Assembly: GCA_902606175.1 (NCBI GenBank)
Contig: CACLEZ010000003.1
Span: forward strand, 45,765-109,764
Direction of reading: 5' to 3'
DNA: 64,000 nt
Source: an uncultured SAR86 cluster bacterium
Lineage (GTDB): Bacteria; Pseudomonadota; Gammaproteobacteria; Magnimaribacterales; Magnimaribacteraceae
Shown here piece after piece: positions 21,297-31,661 of this stretch. The notes below the pieces were generated by a model. It was not told the origin of the DNA. It saw only the letters and a program-made list of their open reading frames with translations, and ran no database searches. Both the position numbers and the translations under genes were made by a program. The stretch's first letter is position 1. Every line of letters starts with the position of its first letter.

Positions 21297-21563
21297 ATGC
21301 CAAGATCATTGAAGAAAGGACCATTTGTTGATTTACATCTACTTAAGAAAGTAGATCAAGCTGTGGCGACTAATGATAAAAAGCCCATTAAAACTTGGTC
21401 TCGGAGATCAATGATAACTCCTGACATGGTTGGCCTAAATATTGCTGTGCATAACGGCAGGCAACATGTTCCTATTTTCATACAAGAGGATATGGTGGGC
21501 CACAAACTTGGTGAATTTGTCTTAACAAGAACATTCAAAATGCACTCTGGAGATAGAAAGTAA
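21297..21563 (+). CDS. rpsS: 30S ribosomal protein S19
   Basis: [17 protein letters not shown]. Confidence 0.99.
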   Translation: MPRSLKKGPFVDLHLLKKVDQAVATNDKKPIKTWSRRSMITPDMVGLNIAVHNGRQHVPIFIQEDMVGHKLGEFVLTRTFKMHSGDRK

Positions 21564-21565
21564 TA

Positions 21566-21907
21566 ATGAGTCAAGCATCAGCAAAACTTAGAAGTGCGCG
21601 AGTCTCTAGCCAAAAAGCTAGACTGGTAGCTAATCAAATTAGAGGAAAACATATTGAAGAAGCTCTTGGTATTCTCTCGTTTGCTCCTCAAAAATCTGCT
21701 CATATTATTAAAAAAATTCTTGAATCAGCAATCGCTAATGCTGAGCATAATCAAGGACTAGATATCGATTCATTATTTGTATCAACTATTGCTGTAGATG
21801 AGAGCTTTACCATGAAAAGGGTAAGAGCCAGAGCAAGGGGACGCGCTGATCGATTTTTTAAAAGAAGCTGCAATATAGCACTTACATTAGAGGAAAAAGG
21901 TAAATAA
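21566..21907 (+). CDS. rplV: 50S ribosomal protein L22
   Basis: [16 protein letters not shown]. Confidence 0.99.
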   Translation: MSQASAKLRSARVSSQKARLVANQIRGKHIEEALGILSFAPQKSAHIIKKILESAIANAEHNQGLDIDSLFVSTIAVDESFTMKRVRARARGRADRFFKRSCNIALTLEEKGK

Positions 21908-22557
21908 TGGGACAGAAGGTACATCCAATAGGTTTTAGGTTAGGAATAACTACTCAACATACTTCTAATTGGTATGCAGAGAAATCTCAATATACTGAAA
22001 ATCTACTTAAAGATATTGAAGTAAGAGAGCATCTAACTAAAAAACTTTCTCATGCCTCCGTGAGCAGAATAGATATAGAGAGAACAGCTGATAATGCAAG
22101 AGTTCTTATTCATACTGCAAGACCAGGCATAGTGATAGGAAAAAAAGGCGAAGATATAGATAAAATGAGAGAAGATATAACTAACAGGATGGGTATACCT
22201 GTAACTCTCAGTATTCAAGAAATTAGAAAACCAGATCTAGACGCTAAACTTTTGGCTGAGAGTGTCGCACAGCAACTTGAAAGACGAGTAATGTTTAGAA
22301 GGGCAATGAAAAGAGCAGTCCAAAATGCAATGAGACAAGGTGCAGAGGGTGTCAAGATAAGAGTTGCAGGAAGACTTGGTGGAGCTGAAATAGCTAGGGC
22401 AGAGATTCAGAAAGAAGGAAGAGTGCCTCTTCATACATTAAGAGCTGACGTAGATTATGGTCTAGCTGAAGCAAATACTACTTATGGTGTTATTGGTGTT
22501 AAAGCATGGGTTTTCAGAGGAGAGGTACTAGATACCTCTAATAAAGATTCTGACTAA
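21907..22557 (+). CDS. rpsC: 30S ribosomal protein S3
   Basis: [22 protein letters not shown]. Confidence 0.99.
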   Translation: MGQKVHPIGFRLGITTQHTSNWYAEKSQYTENLLKDIEVREHLTKKLSHASVSRIDIERTADNARVLIHTARPGIVIGKKGEDIDKMREDITNRMGIPVTLSIQEIRKPDLDAKLLAESVAQQLERRVMFRRAMKRAVQNAMRQGAEGVKIRVAGRLGGAEIARAEIQKEGRVPLHTLRADVDYGLAEANTTYGVIGVKAWVFRGEVLDTSNKDSD

Positions 22558-22569
22558 AAGGTAAAAATA

Positions 22570-22977
22570 ATGTTTCAACCTAAAAGAACAAAATATAGAA
22601 AACAGCAAAAAGGTAGAAATACTGGGAATGCTCAGAGAGGAGCTACCCTAAGTTTCGGCACCTTTGGTTTAAAAGCAACTCAAAGAGGACAATTAACCTC
22701 AAGACAAATAGAGGCTGCCAGGAGAGCAATGACTCGTCATGTTAAAAGAGGTGCAAAAATTTGGATAAGAGTTTTTCCTGATAAACCAATAACTAAAAAA
22801 CCTTTGGAAGTTAGACAAGGCAAAGGCAAAGGAAATGTTGAATACTGGGTATGTCCAATAAAACCAGGAAAAATTCTATATGAAATGGAAGGTGTAGATG
22901 AAGAGCTAGCTAAAGAAGCATTTGCCTTAGCTTCAGCAAAAATGCCAATTTCAACAACTTTTATCAGGAGAGTCTAA
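22570..22977 (+). CDS. rplP: 50S ribosomal protein L16
   Basis: [18 protein letters not shown]. Confidence 0.99.
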   Translation: MFQPKRTKYRKQQKGRNTGNAQRGATLSFGTFGLKATQRGQLTSRQIEAARRAMTRHVKRGAKIWIRVFPDKPITKKPLEVRQGKGKGNVEYWVCPIKPGKILYEMEGVDEELAKEAFALASAKMPISTTFIRRV

Positions 22978-23192
22978 TGGCAAAAGAGAGCTTATTAGAT
23001 AGATTAAGAAGTAAATCAACTGATGTGCTTGATGAAGAAGGAAAGCTTAGGAAAGAATTGCTAGAACTTAAAATTAAACATGCATCAGGACAACTAAAAG
23101 AAACTCATAAAATTAGAGAGATAAGAAGATCAATTGCACAACTTAAGACTCTAAATAAAGAACAAGAAGCACAAGAAAATAATGACGGATAA
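22977..23192 (+). CDS. rpmC: 50S ribosomal protein L29
   Basis: [17 protein letters not shown]; synteny. Confidence 0.95.
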   Translation: MAKESLLDRLRSKSTDVLDEEGKLRKELLELKIKHASGQLKETHKIREIRRSIAQLKTLNKEQEAQENNDG

Positions 23193-23442
23193 AAGAACAA
23201 GAACAGAAACAGGCAGAGTGATAAGTTCCTCTCGAGACAAGAGCATTACTGTTCTTGTTGAAAGAAAGGTCAAGCACCCTTTGTATAAAAAGATTATGCG
23301 TAGGTCTTCGAAGTTACAGGCACACGATCAAGACAATATCTGTAATGCTGGCGACGTTGTCACAATTCAAGAGTGTAGGCCTATATCCAAGACAAAATCT
23401 TGGAACTTATTGAAAGTAGAAGAGAAATCTCAAGAGATATAA
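23182..23442 (+). CDS. rpsQ: 30S ribosomal protein S17
   Basis: [16 protein letters not shown]. Confidence 0.99.
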   Translation: MTDKRTRTETGRVISSSRDKSITVLVERKVKHPLYKKIMRRSSKLQAHDQDNICNAGDVVTIQECRPISKTKSWNLLKVEEKSQEI

Positions 23443-23449
23443 TTTAAAG

Positions 23450-23818
23450 ATGATACAAGAGCAAAGCTATTTAGAAGTCGCAGATAACAGTGGTGCCAGG
23501 AAGCTCATGTGCATAAGAGTCCTTGGTGGATCAAAGAAGAAATTTGCTAAGGTTGGTGATGTAATAAAAGTTACTATTAAAGAAGCAATACCTACTGGAA
23601 GAGTAAAAAAAGGTGAAGTTGTTGATGCTGTAATTGTAAGAACAAAAAACAAACTTCGTAGGTCCGATGGATCTGCAATTAGGTTTGATGATAACGCAGC
23701 TGTATTAATTAATGCTCAAAAACAACCAATAGGAACTAGGGTCTTTGGACCTGTATCAAGAGAACTCCGTAGTGAAGAGTTCATGAGAATAGTTTCACTA
23801 GCTCCTGAGGTTTTATAG
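23450..23818 (+). CDS. rplN: 50S ribosomal protein L14
   Basis: VADNSGA, SLAPEVL. Confidence 0.99.
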   Translation: MIQEQSYLEVADNSGARKLMCIRVLGGSKKKFAKVGDVIKVTIKEAIPTGRVKKGEVVDAVIVRTKNKLRRSDGSAIRFDDNAAVLINAQKQPIGTRVFGPVSRELRSEEFMRIVSLAPEVL

Positions 23819-23820
23819 TC

Positions 23821-24132
23821 ATGAATAAGATAAAGACAGGTGATCAAGTTATTGTCATAGCAGGTAAGGACAAAGGCAAACAAGGCTCAGTAACCAAGAT
23901 ACTTTCAAACGGAAGATGCTTTGTTTCTGGAGTTCAAATGGTCAAAAGACATACCAAGCCAAATCCCAATGCAGGTATTGCCGGTGGTGTTGTTGAAAAG
24001 GAGGCCTCAATAGACATGTCAAATATATCTATTTTCAATCCATCAACAAAAAAAGCTGACAAGGTACTTATTCAATCTCAAGAAGATGGTTCAAGAAAAA
24101 GAGTCTATAAATCTTCAGGTAAGGAGATATAA
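23821..24132 (+). CDS. rplX: 50S ribosomal protein L24
   Basis: [17 protein letters not shown] motif. Confidence 0.99.
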   Translation: MNKIKTGDQVIVIAGKDKGKQGSVTKILSNGRCFVSGVQMVKRHTKPNPNAGIAGGVVEKEASIDMSNISIFNPSTKKADKVLIQSQEDGSRKRVYKSSGKEI

Positions 24133-24134
24133 CT

Positions 24135-24674
24135 ATGATGCCATTAAAAGAACATTATCAAACAAATGTGGTTTCTGAACTCAAAGGTAAATTAGGGCTT
24201 GAATCAATAATGGCTGTTCCAAAAGTTACAAAAGTAACTCTCAATATGGGTGTCGGTGAGGCTATGAATGACAAAAAACTTTTAGAACGGGCAGTTGAAG
24301 ACATGACCCTAATCGCCGGTCAGAAACCATTAGTAACGAAAGCTAGAAAATCTGTAGCTAATTTCAAAATTAGAGACGGGATGCCTATCGGTTGCAAGGT
24401 CACTTTAAGGGGTGACAGAATGTATGAATTTTTGGACAGACTTATAGGAATCGCAATTCCTAGAGAAAGAGACTTCAGAGGCCTAGAGACAAAATCCTTC
24501 GATGGAAGAGGAAATTATTCTATGGGAATCAAAGAACACATAATCTTCCCAGAGATCGATTATGACAAGGTAGACAAAATTAGAGGAATGGATATATGTA
24601 TATCTACCTCAGCAATAGATGATGAGTCGGGTGAGGCTCTTCTAAGGGCAATGAAGTTCCCTTTTAAAAGTTAA
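24135..24674 (+). CDS. rplE: 50S ribosomal protein L5
   Basis: [15 protein letters not shown]. Confidence 0.99.
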   Translation: MMPLKEHYQTNVVSELKGKLGLESIMAVPKVTKVTLNMGVGEAMNDKKLLERAVEDMTLIAGQKPLVTKARKSVANFKIRDGMPIGCKVTLRGDRMYEFLDRLIGIAIPRERDFRGLETKSFDGRGNYSMGIKEHIIFPEIDYDKVDKIRGMDICISTSAIDDESGEALLRAMKFPFKS

Positions 24675-24684
24675 AGGATAAGTT

Positions 24685-24990
24685 ATGGCTAAAGCATCAA
24701 TGAAAGCAAGAGAAGAAAGAAGAAGAAAAACAGTTCTAAGGTATGCTGCAAAAAGAGCAGAATTGAAAGAAATTATTCGTAGTCCAAAGTTCTCTCAAGA
24801 AGAGAAAGATATAGCACAGATCAAACTACAAAAACTGCCTAGAGACGCTAGCCCTGTAAGAATGCAAAGAAGATGTGCTATTACAGGGAGACCACACGCT
24901 GTGTATAGAAAATTTGGCCTTGCACGTAATAAATTAAGAGAACTGGCTATGAAAGGAGATATTCCAGGATTAGTTAAATCAAGTTGGTAA
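24685..24990 (+). CDS. rpsN: 30S ribosomal protein S14 (long, zinc-free type)
   Basis: [23 protein letters not shown]. Confidence 0.99.
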   Translation: MAKASMKAREERRRKTVLRYAAKRAELKEIIRSPKFSQEEKDIAQIKLQKLPRDASPVRMQRRCAITGRPHAVYRKFGLARNKLRELAMKGDIPGLVKSSW

Positions 24991-24997
24991 AAATAAT

Positions 24998-25390
24998 ATG
25001 AGTATACAAGATCCAATCGCAAACCTATTCTCAAGCATAAATAATGCTCAAGCTAGGAATAAGGAGTTTGTGAAAGTCCCTTCCTCGTCTAAGAAGATCG
25101 CACTTTTATCTATGCTCAGGCAAGAAGGGTATATACATTCTTACACTTCTTCTGAAGGCTCTAAACCTGAAATAGAGATTAAACTTAAATACTTCGAAGG
25201 CTCTCCTGTTATCAAGCAGCTGAAAAGGATTAGTAAACCGGGATTAAGAAGATATTCTAACTACAAAGAACTGCCTGAAATAAATGGCGGCCTCGGAATA
25301 GCAATTGTTTCAACAAATAAAGGACTAATGACTGATCAACAAGCCAGAGAAGAAAAGATTGGTGGGGAATTAATTTGTTCAGTTTTTTAA
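24998..25390 (+). CDS. rpsH: 30S ribosomal protein S8
   Basis: QDPIA, ISKPGLR, GGE. Confidence 0.99.
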   Translation: MSIQDPIANLFSSINNAQARNKEFVKVPSSSKKIALLSMLRQEGYIHSYTSSEGSKPEIEIKLKYFEGSPVIKQLKRISKPGLRRYSNYKELPEINGGLGIAIVSTNKGLMTDQQAREEKIGGELICSVF

Positions 25391-25403
25391 AAATTATAAA
25401 ATT

Positions 25404-25937
25404 ATGGCAAGAACATCCTTAAAAGCTCTAGATATACCTGAAGGAGTTACTCTTGAAAATAATCAAGGTGTTATTACTTTTACAGGAAAATTAGGAAATT
25501 TATCTTTAGAGGTTCATCAAGATGTGGATATTAATAAAGATGAAGGCACTATTAGTTTTAGCCCCAATAAGGAGACAAAAGAATCTCTGGCTATCACTGG
25601 AACCATGAGGGCTTTAACTGCTAATTGTATGCAAGGAGTGGCTACAGGGTTTGAAAAAAAATTAGAAATTAATGGAGTAGGTTACAGAGCTGCTCTTGAA
25701 GGTAATACTATAAATTTGAGCTTGGGTTTCTCTCACCCAATAAAACATGACTTGCCAGAAGGAGTGACCGCAGAGCTGCCAAGTAATACAGAGATTATTC
25801 TTAAATCTATGGATAAGCAACTTGTTGGACAGGTTGCTGCAGAGATTAGGGATTACAGACCACCTGAACCCTATAAAGGTAAAGGCGTTAAGTATTCCGA
25901 TGAGAGAATAATTAGAAAAGAATCTAAGAAAGCATAA
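25404..25937 (+). CDS. rplF: 50S ribosomal protein L6
   Basis: GVGYRA, PEPYKGKG. Confidence 0.99.
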   Translation: MARTSLKALDIPEGVTLENNQGVITFTGKLGNLSLEVHQDVDINKDEGTISFSPNKETKESLAITGTMRALTANCMQGVATGFEKKLEINGVGYRAALEGNTINLSLGFSHPIKHDLPEGVTAELPSNTEIILKSMDKQLVGQVAAEIRDYRPPEPYKGKGVKYSDERIIRKESKKA

Positions 25938-25943
25938 TAAAAG

Positions 25944-26294
25944 ATGGCTATAAAAAATATAAAAAGACTGAAAAGAGCTAAAAAGAGTAGATCTAAGATT
26001 GAACTCTCTGAAAATAACAGACTTACTGTTTTTAGATCTAATACGCATATTTATGCACAAATCTTAAATTTTGATGGATCACAGGTAATTGCCAGTGCTT
26101 CTACAACTGAAGCTTCTTTGAAAGCCGGAAACAACGGCAATATAGAAGCTGCCACTAAAGTAGGTAAATTAATCGCAGAAAGGGCAATAGAAAAAGGTGT
26201 AAACAAAGTAGCTTTTGATAGATCAGGTTATAAATTTCATGGTCGTGTTAAAGCTCTAGCTGAATCGGCTCGCGAAGCTGGTCTCTCATTTTAG
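25944..26294 (+). CDS. rplR: 50S ribosomal protein L18
   Basis: [16 protein letters not shown]. Confidence 0.99.
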   Translation: MAIKNIKRLKRAKKSRSKIELSENNRLTVFRSNTHIYAQILNFDGSQVIASASTTEASLKAGNNGNIEAATKVGKLIAERAIEKGVNKVAFDRSGYKFHGRVKALAESAREAGLSF

Positions 26295-26302
26295 GAAAGA
26301 AT

Positions 26303-26797
26303 ATGGAAAATACTGCTGTAACAGATAATCTCGGATCAGAAGTTTTAGAAGAAAAATTAGTCCAAGTAAATAGAGTGGCTAAGGTTGTCAAAGGAGGCCG
26401 AATTTTCGGGTTCACTGCTGTAACAGTTGTTGGTGATGGAAACGGGAAAATTGGTTTTGGGAGAGGAAAGGCAAGAGAAGTACCTATAGCTATACAAAAA
26501 GCCTTAGACCATGCCAGAAGAAATATGGTTAGTATTGAATTGAAAGGTGACACTATTCAGTATCCAATAAAAACAAAATTTGGTGCCTCCGTTGTTTATA
26601 TGAAGCCTGCTGCTCCTGGAACGGGAATTATAGCTGGTGGTGCTATGAGAGCTGTTCTTGAATTAGCAGGTGTAAAAGATGTCCTGGCAAAGTGTTATGG
26701 CTCTACTACTCCAGTTAACGTTGTTAGGGCAACACTAAAGGCTCTAAGGGAGATGGAATCTCCCGCAAGAGTTGCAAAAAGATTAGGTAGAGGTTAG
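26303..26797 (+). CDS. rpsE: 30S ribosomal protein S5
   Basis: [19 protein letters not shown]. Confidence 0.99.
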   Translation: MENTAVTDNLGSEVLEEKLVQVNRVAKVVKGGRIFGFTAVTVVGDGNGKIGFGRGKAREVPIAIQKALDHARRNMVSIELKGDTIQYPIKTKFGASVVYMKPAAPGTGIIAGGAMRAVLELAGVKDVLAKCYGSTTPVNVVRATLKALREMESPARVAKRLGRG

Positions 26798-26799
26798 GA

Positions 26800-26979
26800 A
26801 TGGCTGATAAAGATATTACAGTAAAACTTAAAAAGAGCCTTATTGGCTCTAAAGATTATCAGAAACAATCTGTTAAAGGATTAGGCTTGTCTAAGTTAGG
26901 GCAAGTTGTGTCAGTCCAAGATACTCCTGAAAATAGAGGAATGATCAATAAAGCTATTCATTTACTAGAAGTTAACTAA
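26800..26979 (+). CDS. rpmD: 50S ribosomal protein L30 (59 aa, not in ORF track)
   Basis: Read manually: MADKDITVKLKKSLIG...GLGL...DTPENRGMINK; lies between rpsE and rplO. Confidence 0.97.
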   Translation: MADKDITVKLKKSLIGSKDYQKQSVKGLGLSKLGQVVSVQDTPENRGMINKAIHLLEVN

Positions 26980-26989
26980 AGGTAGAGAA

Positions 26990-27424
26990 ATGAAACTCAA
27001 TGAATTAAAACCAAATCCGAAAAGAGTAAAGGATAGTAAACGTATCGGTAGAGGTCTCGGAAGTGGTTTTGGTAAAACAAGTGGTAAAGGTCACAAAGGT
27101 CTTAAATCTCGTTCAGGTGGAAGAGTAAGAATTGGCTTTGAAGGCGGTCAAATGCCGCTTCAAAAAAGGGTTCCTAAGTTTGGTTTTACGTCTAGAAAGA
27201 ATAGAAATACCGAGCAACTTCGTTTAAGCACTTTAGTTTCTTCTGGCATATTGGAAGTAAGTATAGAAACTTTAATCGAGGCCGACTTAATAAGAAATTC
27301 AACTAAAAAAGTAAAAGTATTTTTGGATACCGATTCGTCTACAAAGATGAATCTTAAGGGTATACATACAACAGCTTCAGTTAAGAAATTAATTGAAGAA
27401 GCAGGAGGCTCTGTAGAGGTCTAA
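26990..27424 (+). CDS. rplO: 50S ribosomal protein L15
   Basis: [17 protein letters not shown]. Confidence 0.99.
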   Translation: MKLNELKPNPKRVKDSKRIGRGLGSGFGKTSGKGHKGLKSRSGGRVRIGFEGGQMPLQKRVPKFGFTSRKNRNTEQLRLSTLVSSGILEVSIETLIEADLIRNSTKKVKVFLDTDSSTKMNLKGIHTTASVKKLIEEAGGSVEV

Positions 27425-27426
27425 AT

Positions 27427-28761
27427 ATGTCAGTCAATCCTTCAGCTATAGGACAAAATAAAGGTCTTTCCGAGTTGTGGAAAAGACTTCGTTTTGTTTT
27501 TATGGCTGTAATCATTTATAGAATAGGAACACATATCCCTATCCCTGGTATAGATCCTGATAAGTTAGCTAATATCTTCCAGCAAAATCAAGGAACTCTA
27601 TTAGATCTATTCAATATGTTCTCAGGAGGTGCTTTAGAAAGAATGAGCATCATGGCATTAAATATAATGCCTTATATAACTGCTTCAATAATCATGAGTT
27701 TACTTGAAGGTACGACACCTTCATTGAAAAAAAGATTCAGAGAAGAAGGCGAAGAAGGCAGGCGATTAAGAACATCCTATGTTAGATATGGAACTGTTTT
27801 CTTGGCATTAATACAAGCAAGTGGTCTAGCACTAGGTTTACAGAATCAAGGGTTGGCATTAGAGCCAGGCTTAATGTTCCAAATCATTGCAGTGACATCT
27901 TTAGTTTCAGGGACTGTATTTTTAATGTGGCTTGGTGAACTAGTAACTGAAAAAGGAATCGGTAATGGAATTTCTATCATAATATTTTCAAGTATTGTTG
28001 CAGGTCTCCCAAGAGCTGTTGGACAAGCATTTGAAGGTGCAAGACAAGGTGATATAAATTTAATTATGCTTCTTTCAATTGCTCTAGTTGCTATTGCTGC
28101 TATTGCCTTTATTGTCTGGATAGAAAGAGGACAAAGAAGGATTACTGTCAATTATGCCAAGCGACAGCAAGGAAGAAAAATGGTTCAAGGGCAAGCATCG
28201 TATTTGCCTATGAAAATTAATCAGGCAGGAGTTATACCTGCTATTTTTGCCAGTAGCTTGCTACTCTTTCCTGCATCTGCTTCTACTTGGTTTGGTCAAG
28301 GGGAAGGGTTTGAGTGGTTGCAAGAAATCGCACTGGCTCTAGGTCCTGGACAACCTTTGTATGTCATTCTATTTTCAGTTTTGATTGCTTTCTTTTGTTT
28401 TTTCTATACAGCGCTCCAGTTTGATCCAAAAGAAATTTCAGAGAACTTAAGGCGCTCTGGAGCTTATATGCCTGGGATAAGACCAGGAGATCAAACGGCC
28501 GATTATATTGATGGTGTCATGACTCGTCTTACGGTCTGGGGCTCAGGCTACTTAATTTTGGTATGTCTTATGCCTCAGTTCTTAATAGTTTCTGCAAATG
28601 TACCTTTTTATTTAGGAGGTACATCATTATTAATTGCCGTAGTCGTTGTAATGGATTTTATGGCTCAAGTTCAATCACATCTTATGTCGCATCAATATGA
28701 ATCACTTCTCAAAAAAGCAAATTTAAAAGGATACGGCGGAAATCCTTTAGGTGGAAGGTAA
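27427..28761 (+). CDS. secY: Preprotein translocase subunit SecY
   Basis: FSGGAL, GIGNGIS, PGIRPG, GGTSLLI. Confidence 0.99.
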   Translation: MSVNPSAIGQNKGLSELWKRLRFVFMAVIIYRIGTHIPIPGIDPDKLANIFQQNQGTLLDLFNMFSGGALERMSIMALNIMPYITASIIMSLLEGTTPSLKKRFREEGEEGRRLRTSYVRYGTVFLALIQASGLALGLQNQGLALEPGLMFQIIAVTSLVSGTVFLMWLGELVTEKGIGNGISIIIFSSIVAGLPRAVGQAFEGARQGDINLIMLLSIALVAIAAIAFIVWIERGQRRITVNYAKRQQGRKMVQGQASYLPMKINQAGVIPAIFASSLLLFPASASTWFGQGEGFEWLQEIALALGPGQPLYVILFSVLIAFFCFFYTALQFDPKEISENLRRSGAYMPGIRPGDQTADYIDGVMTRLTVWGSGYLILVCLMPQFLIVSANVPFYLGGTSLLIAVVVVMDFMAQVQSHLMSHQYESLLKKANLKGYGGNPLGGR

Positions 28762-28764
28762 AAA

Positions 28765-28881
28765 ATGAAAGTAAGAGCTTCGGTAAAAAAAATATGCAGA
28801 GATTGCAAAATTGTGAAAAGAAAAGGAACACTTTTTGTTATTTGTTCAACAGAACCTAGGCATAAACAAAGGCAAGGTTAA
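28765..28881 (+). CDS. rpmJ: 50S ribosomal protein L36 (38 aa, zinc-ribbon type, not in ORF track)
   Basis: Read manually: [38 protein letters not shown]. Confidence 0.98.
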   Translation: MKVRASVKKICRDCKIVKRKGTLFVICSTEPRHKQRQG

Positions 28882-28892
28882 AGGAGAAAGTA

Positions 28893-29249
28893 ATGGCTCG
28901 TGTAGCAGGTGTAAATATTCCAGATAATAAACATGCGGAGATTTCATTAACTTATGTTTATGGGATAGGTAAGACTAGGGCACAGGATATTTGTGGTGTT
29001 ATTGGTATAGATCCATCAACTAAGATTTCAGATTTATCTGAAGACCAATTAGAGCTTATCAGGGCTGAAGTTGGAAAATTTCTTGTTGAAGGGGATCTCA
29101 GAAGAGAAGTAGCAACTAACATAAAAAGATTACAAGATTTAGGTACAAATAGAGGTATCAGACATAGAAGACATCTTCCTGTAAGAGGTCAAAAAACAAA
29201 AAATAATGCAAGGACAAGAAAAGGGCCTAAACGTCCAATAAGAAGATAA
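28893..29249 (+). CDS. rpsM: 30S ribosomal protein S13
   Basis: YGIG, LPVRGQ.TK.NARTRKG. Confidence 0.99.
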   Translation: MARVAGVNIPDNKHAEISLTYVYGIGKTRAQDICGVIGIDPSTKISDLSEDQLELIRAEVGKFLVEGDLRREVATNIKRLQDLGTNRGIRHRRHLPVRGQKTKNNARTRKGPKRPIRR

Positions 29250-29253
29250 AAAT

Positions 29254-29628
29254 ATGGTAACAAAAAAGACAACTAAAAAAAGAGTAAGTGAAGGTATTGC
29301 ACACATTCACGCATCTTTTAATAATACTCTAATCAGTATTACAGATAAGCAAGGCAATGCAATTGCTCAGTCCAGTTCAGGCGCTCAAGGTTTTAGAGGT
29401 TCCAGAAAAAGTACTCCTTTTGCTGCTCAACGAGCTGCTGAAGCAGTTGGAGATAAAGTAAAAATGGTAGGCATCGAGAGCTTGGAAATTCAAGTTAGAG
29501 GTCCGGGTTCAGGAAGAGAGTCAGCTATACGAGGTTTAAATTCAAAAGGATTCAAGATAACCAAAATAACCGACGTTACCCCCATACCACATAATGGTTG
29601 CAGACCACCCAAAAGGAGGCGAGTCTAA
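29254..29628 (+). CDS. rpsK: 30S ribosomal protein S11
   Basis: [19 protein letters not shown]. Confidence 0.99.
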   Translation: MVTKKTTKKRVSEGIAHIHASFNNTLISITDKQGNAIAQSSSGAQGFRGSRKSTPFAAQRAAEAVGDKVKMVGIESLEIQVRGPGSGRESAIRGLNSKGFKITKITDVTPIPHNGCRPPKRRRV

Positions 29629-30251
29629 TGGCAAGATATATAGGACCTAAATGTAAATTATCCAGAAGAGAAGGCAGAGATCTCCTTTTAAAGAGTGGCA
29701 TAAGATCTCATGATTCGAAATGTAAATCTGAGACCGTACCTGGTCAGCATGGAAGAACTAGACGCCCAAGAATTTCAGACTACGGTGTTCAACTTCGAGA
29801 GAAACAGAAAGTTCGAAGAATATACGGTGTAATGGAAAAACAATTCAAGACTTACTATAAGCATGCAGCCAGAATGAAGGGAGTTACTGGTGATAATTTA
29901 CTCCAAATTCTTGAAAGCAGACTGGATAATGTAGTCTATCGTATGGGTTTCGCTTCTACCAGATCTGAGGCAAGACAACTCGTAAGTCACAAAGCAATCT
30001 TGGTCAATGATAAAAAGGTAAACATACCTAGTTATATGATTGCGCCGGGTGATGTGGTTTCACTTACAGAGCGTGCAAAAGGCCAAAACAGAGTCCAACA
30101 GGCCATAGAAATTGCAAAAAATAGAGAAGATTGTGATTGGGTAGATGTGAATACATCTAATTATTCAGGGACATACAAAAATATTCCTGAAAGATCTTCA
30201 CTTGATACCGACATAAATGAAAATCTAATTGTAGAGCTTTATTCAAAATAA
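29628..30251 (+). CDS. rpsD: 30S ribosomal protein S4
   Basis: MARYIGP (ATG 29628), [18 protein letters not shown]. Confidence 0.99.
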   Translation: MARYIGPKCKLSRREGRDLLLKSGIRSHDSKCKSETVPGQHGRTRRPRISDYGVQLREKQKVRRIYGVMEKQFKTYYKHAARMKGVTGDNLLQILESRLDNVVYRMGFASTRSEARQLVSHKAILVNDKKVNIPSYMIAPGDVVSLTERAKGQNRVQQAIEIAKNREDCDWVDVNTSNYSGTYKNIPERSSLDTDINENLIVELYSK

Positions 30252-30264
30252 AAGAGGAAAAGAA

Positions 30265-31245
30265 ATGACAGATAATTACGATATTATTAAAGATTTTTTA
30301 ACACCAACTGAAATAGTAGTTGAAGAATCAGGTCCTACAAGATCTAAGATAGTACTTGAACCTCTTGAACAAGGTTTCGGACATACCTTAGGGAATGCTC
30401 TTAGAAGAATTATATTATCTTCTATGCCTGGTACAGCTGTATCAGAGGTTAAAATTGATGGAGTGCTTCATGAATATAGCACTATAGAGGGTGTGCAAGA
30501 AGATGTGATCGATATCTTATTAAACTTAAAAGACCTTTCAGTGAGACTAACTGAAGTAGAAGATGCTGTATTAACTCTATCAAAATCTGGAAGTGGGGTT
30601 GTAACTGCTGCTGATATAGAATTATCAACAGGAGTAGAAGTTATCAATCCAGATCATCATATTGCTACTTTAAATGAAGAAGGCTCTATAAATATGACAA
30701 TGAAAGTAACAAGGGGCAGAGGTTTTGTACCTGTTAGGCCTCTTGACGAAGACGAAGGCCAAGAAACCGGACTTCTAAGATTAGATGCAACTTACTCACC
30801 TATTAAAAGAGTGACATATCAGGTAGATAATGCCAGGGTTGAGCAAAGAACTAATTTAGATAGGCTTACTGTAGATATTGATACAGATGGAACTTTAGAA
30901 GCTGAAGAGATTTTAAGAATATCGGCAACTATTCTCCAACACCAATTATCCGCTTTTGCTGAACTTGGAAGATTAGAAGAGGTTATTGAAGAAAAAGAGG
31001 AAGCGAAGATAGACCCAATTATGTTAAGACCTGTAGACGAACTAGAACTCACAGTTAGGTCTGCAAATTGCTTGAAAGCTGAGAATATACATTACATAGG
31101 TGATTTAGTTACCAGAATGGAATCAGATCTTTTGAGAACTCCAAACTTAGGAAAGAAATCCTTAAATGAAATTAAGGAAGTTCTCTTGTCTAGAGGTCTT
31201 TCGTTAGGTTTAATTCTCGATAACTGGCCACCAGAAAATAATTAA
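30265..31245 (+). CDS. rpoA: RNA polymerase alpha subunit
   Basis: [25 protein letters not shown]. Confidence 0.99.
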   Translation: MTDNYDIIKDFLTPTEIVVEESGPTRSKIVLEPLEQGFGHTLGNALRRIILSSMPGTAVSEVKIDGVLHEYSTIEGVQEDVIDILLNLKDLSVRLTEVEDAVLTLSKSGSGVVTAADIELSTGVEVINPDHHIATLNEEGSINMTMKVTRGRGFVPVRPLDEDEGQETGLLRLDATYSPIKRVTYQVDNARVEQRTNLDRLTVDIDTDGTLEAEEILRISATILQHQLSAFAELGRLEEVIEEKEEAKIDPIMLRPVDELELTVRSANCLKAENIHYIGDLVTRMESDLLRTPNLGKKSLNEIKEVLLSRGLSLGLILDNWPPENN

Positions 31246-31254
31246 GAGAAAAAA

Positions 31255-31659
31255 ATGAGACACAGGAAATCTGGAAGAAAGCTAAATAGAAATAGCCCTC
31301 AAAGAGCTTCCCTGAAGAAAGGGTTGGCCATTTCTATCATCGAACATGAGTCTGTTAAGACCACTTTAGCAAAAGCCAAAGAAATAAGAGGTTTTCTAGA
31401 ACCGTTGGTCACTCTTGCTAAAAAGAACACAGTTGCTAATCAAAGACTTGCTTTCTCAAGATTGCAATCTAAAGAGGCTGTTGCAAAGCTATTTGATGAG
31501 CTTGGTCCGCGTTATAAAGATAGACCAGGTGGATATTTAAGGGTCATCAAAAGAGGTTTTAGACCCGGTGATAAAGCTCCAGCTGCTCAAATTGAATTTG
31601 TTAAAGAAAACGTTTCAGATTCAGAAGAACCTGAGTCTTTAACTGAAGAAACAGCTTAA
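31255..31659 (+). CDS. rplQ: 50S ribosomal protein L17
   Basis: [15 protein letters not shown]. Confidence 0.99.
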   Translation: MRHRKSGRKLNRNSPQRASLKKGLAISIIEHESVKTTLAKAKEIRGFLEPLVTLAKKNTVANQRLAFSRLQSKEAVAKLFDELGPRYKDRPGGYLRVIKRGFRPGDKAPAAQIEFVKENVSDSEEPESLTEETA

Positions 31660-31661
31660 GA

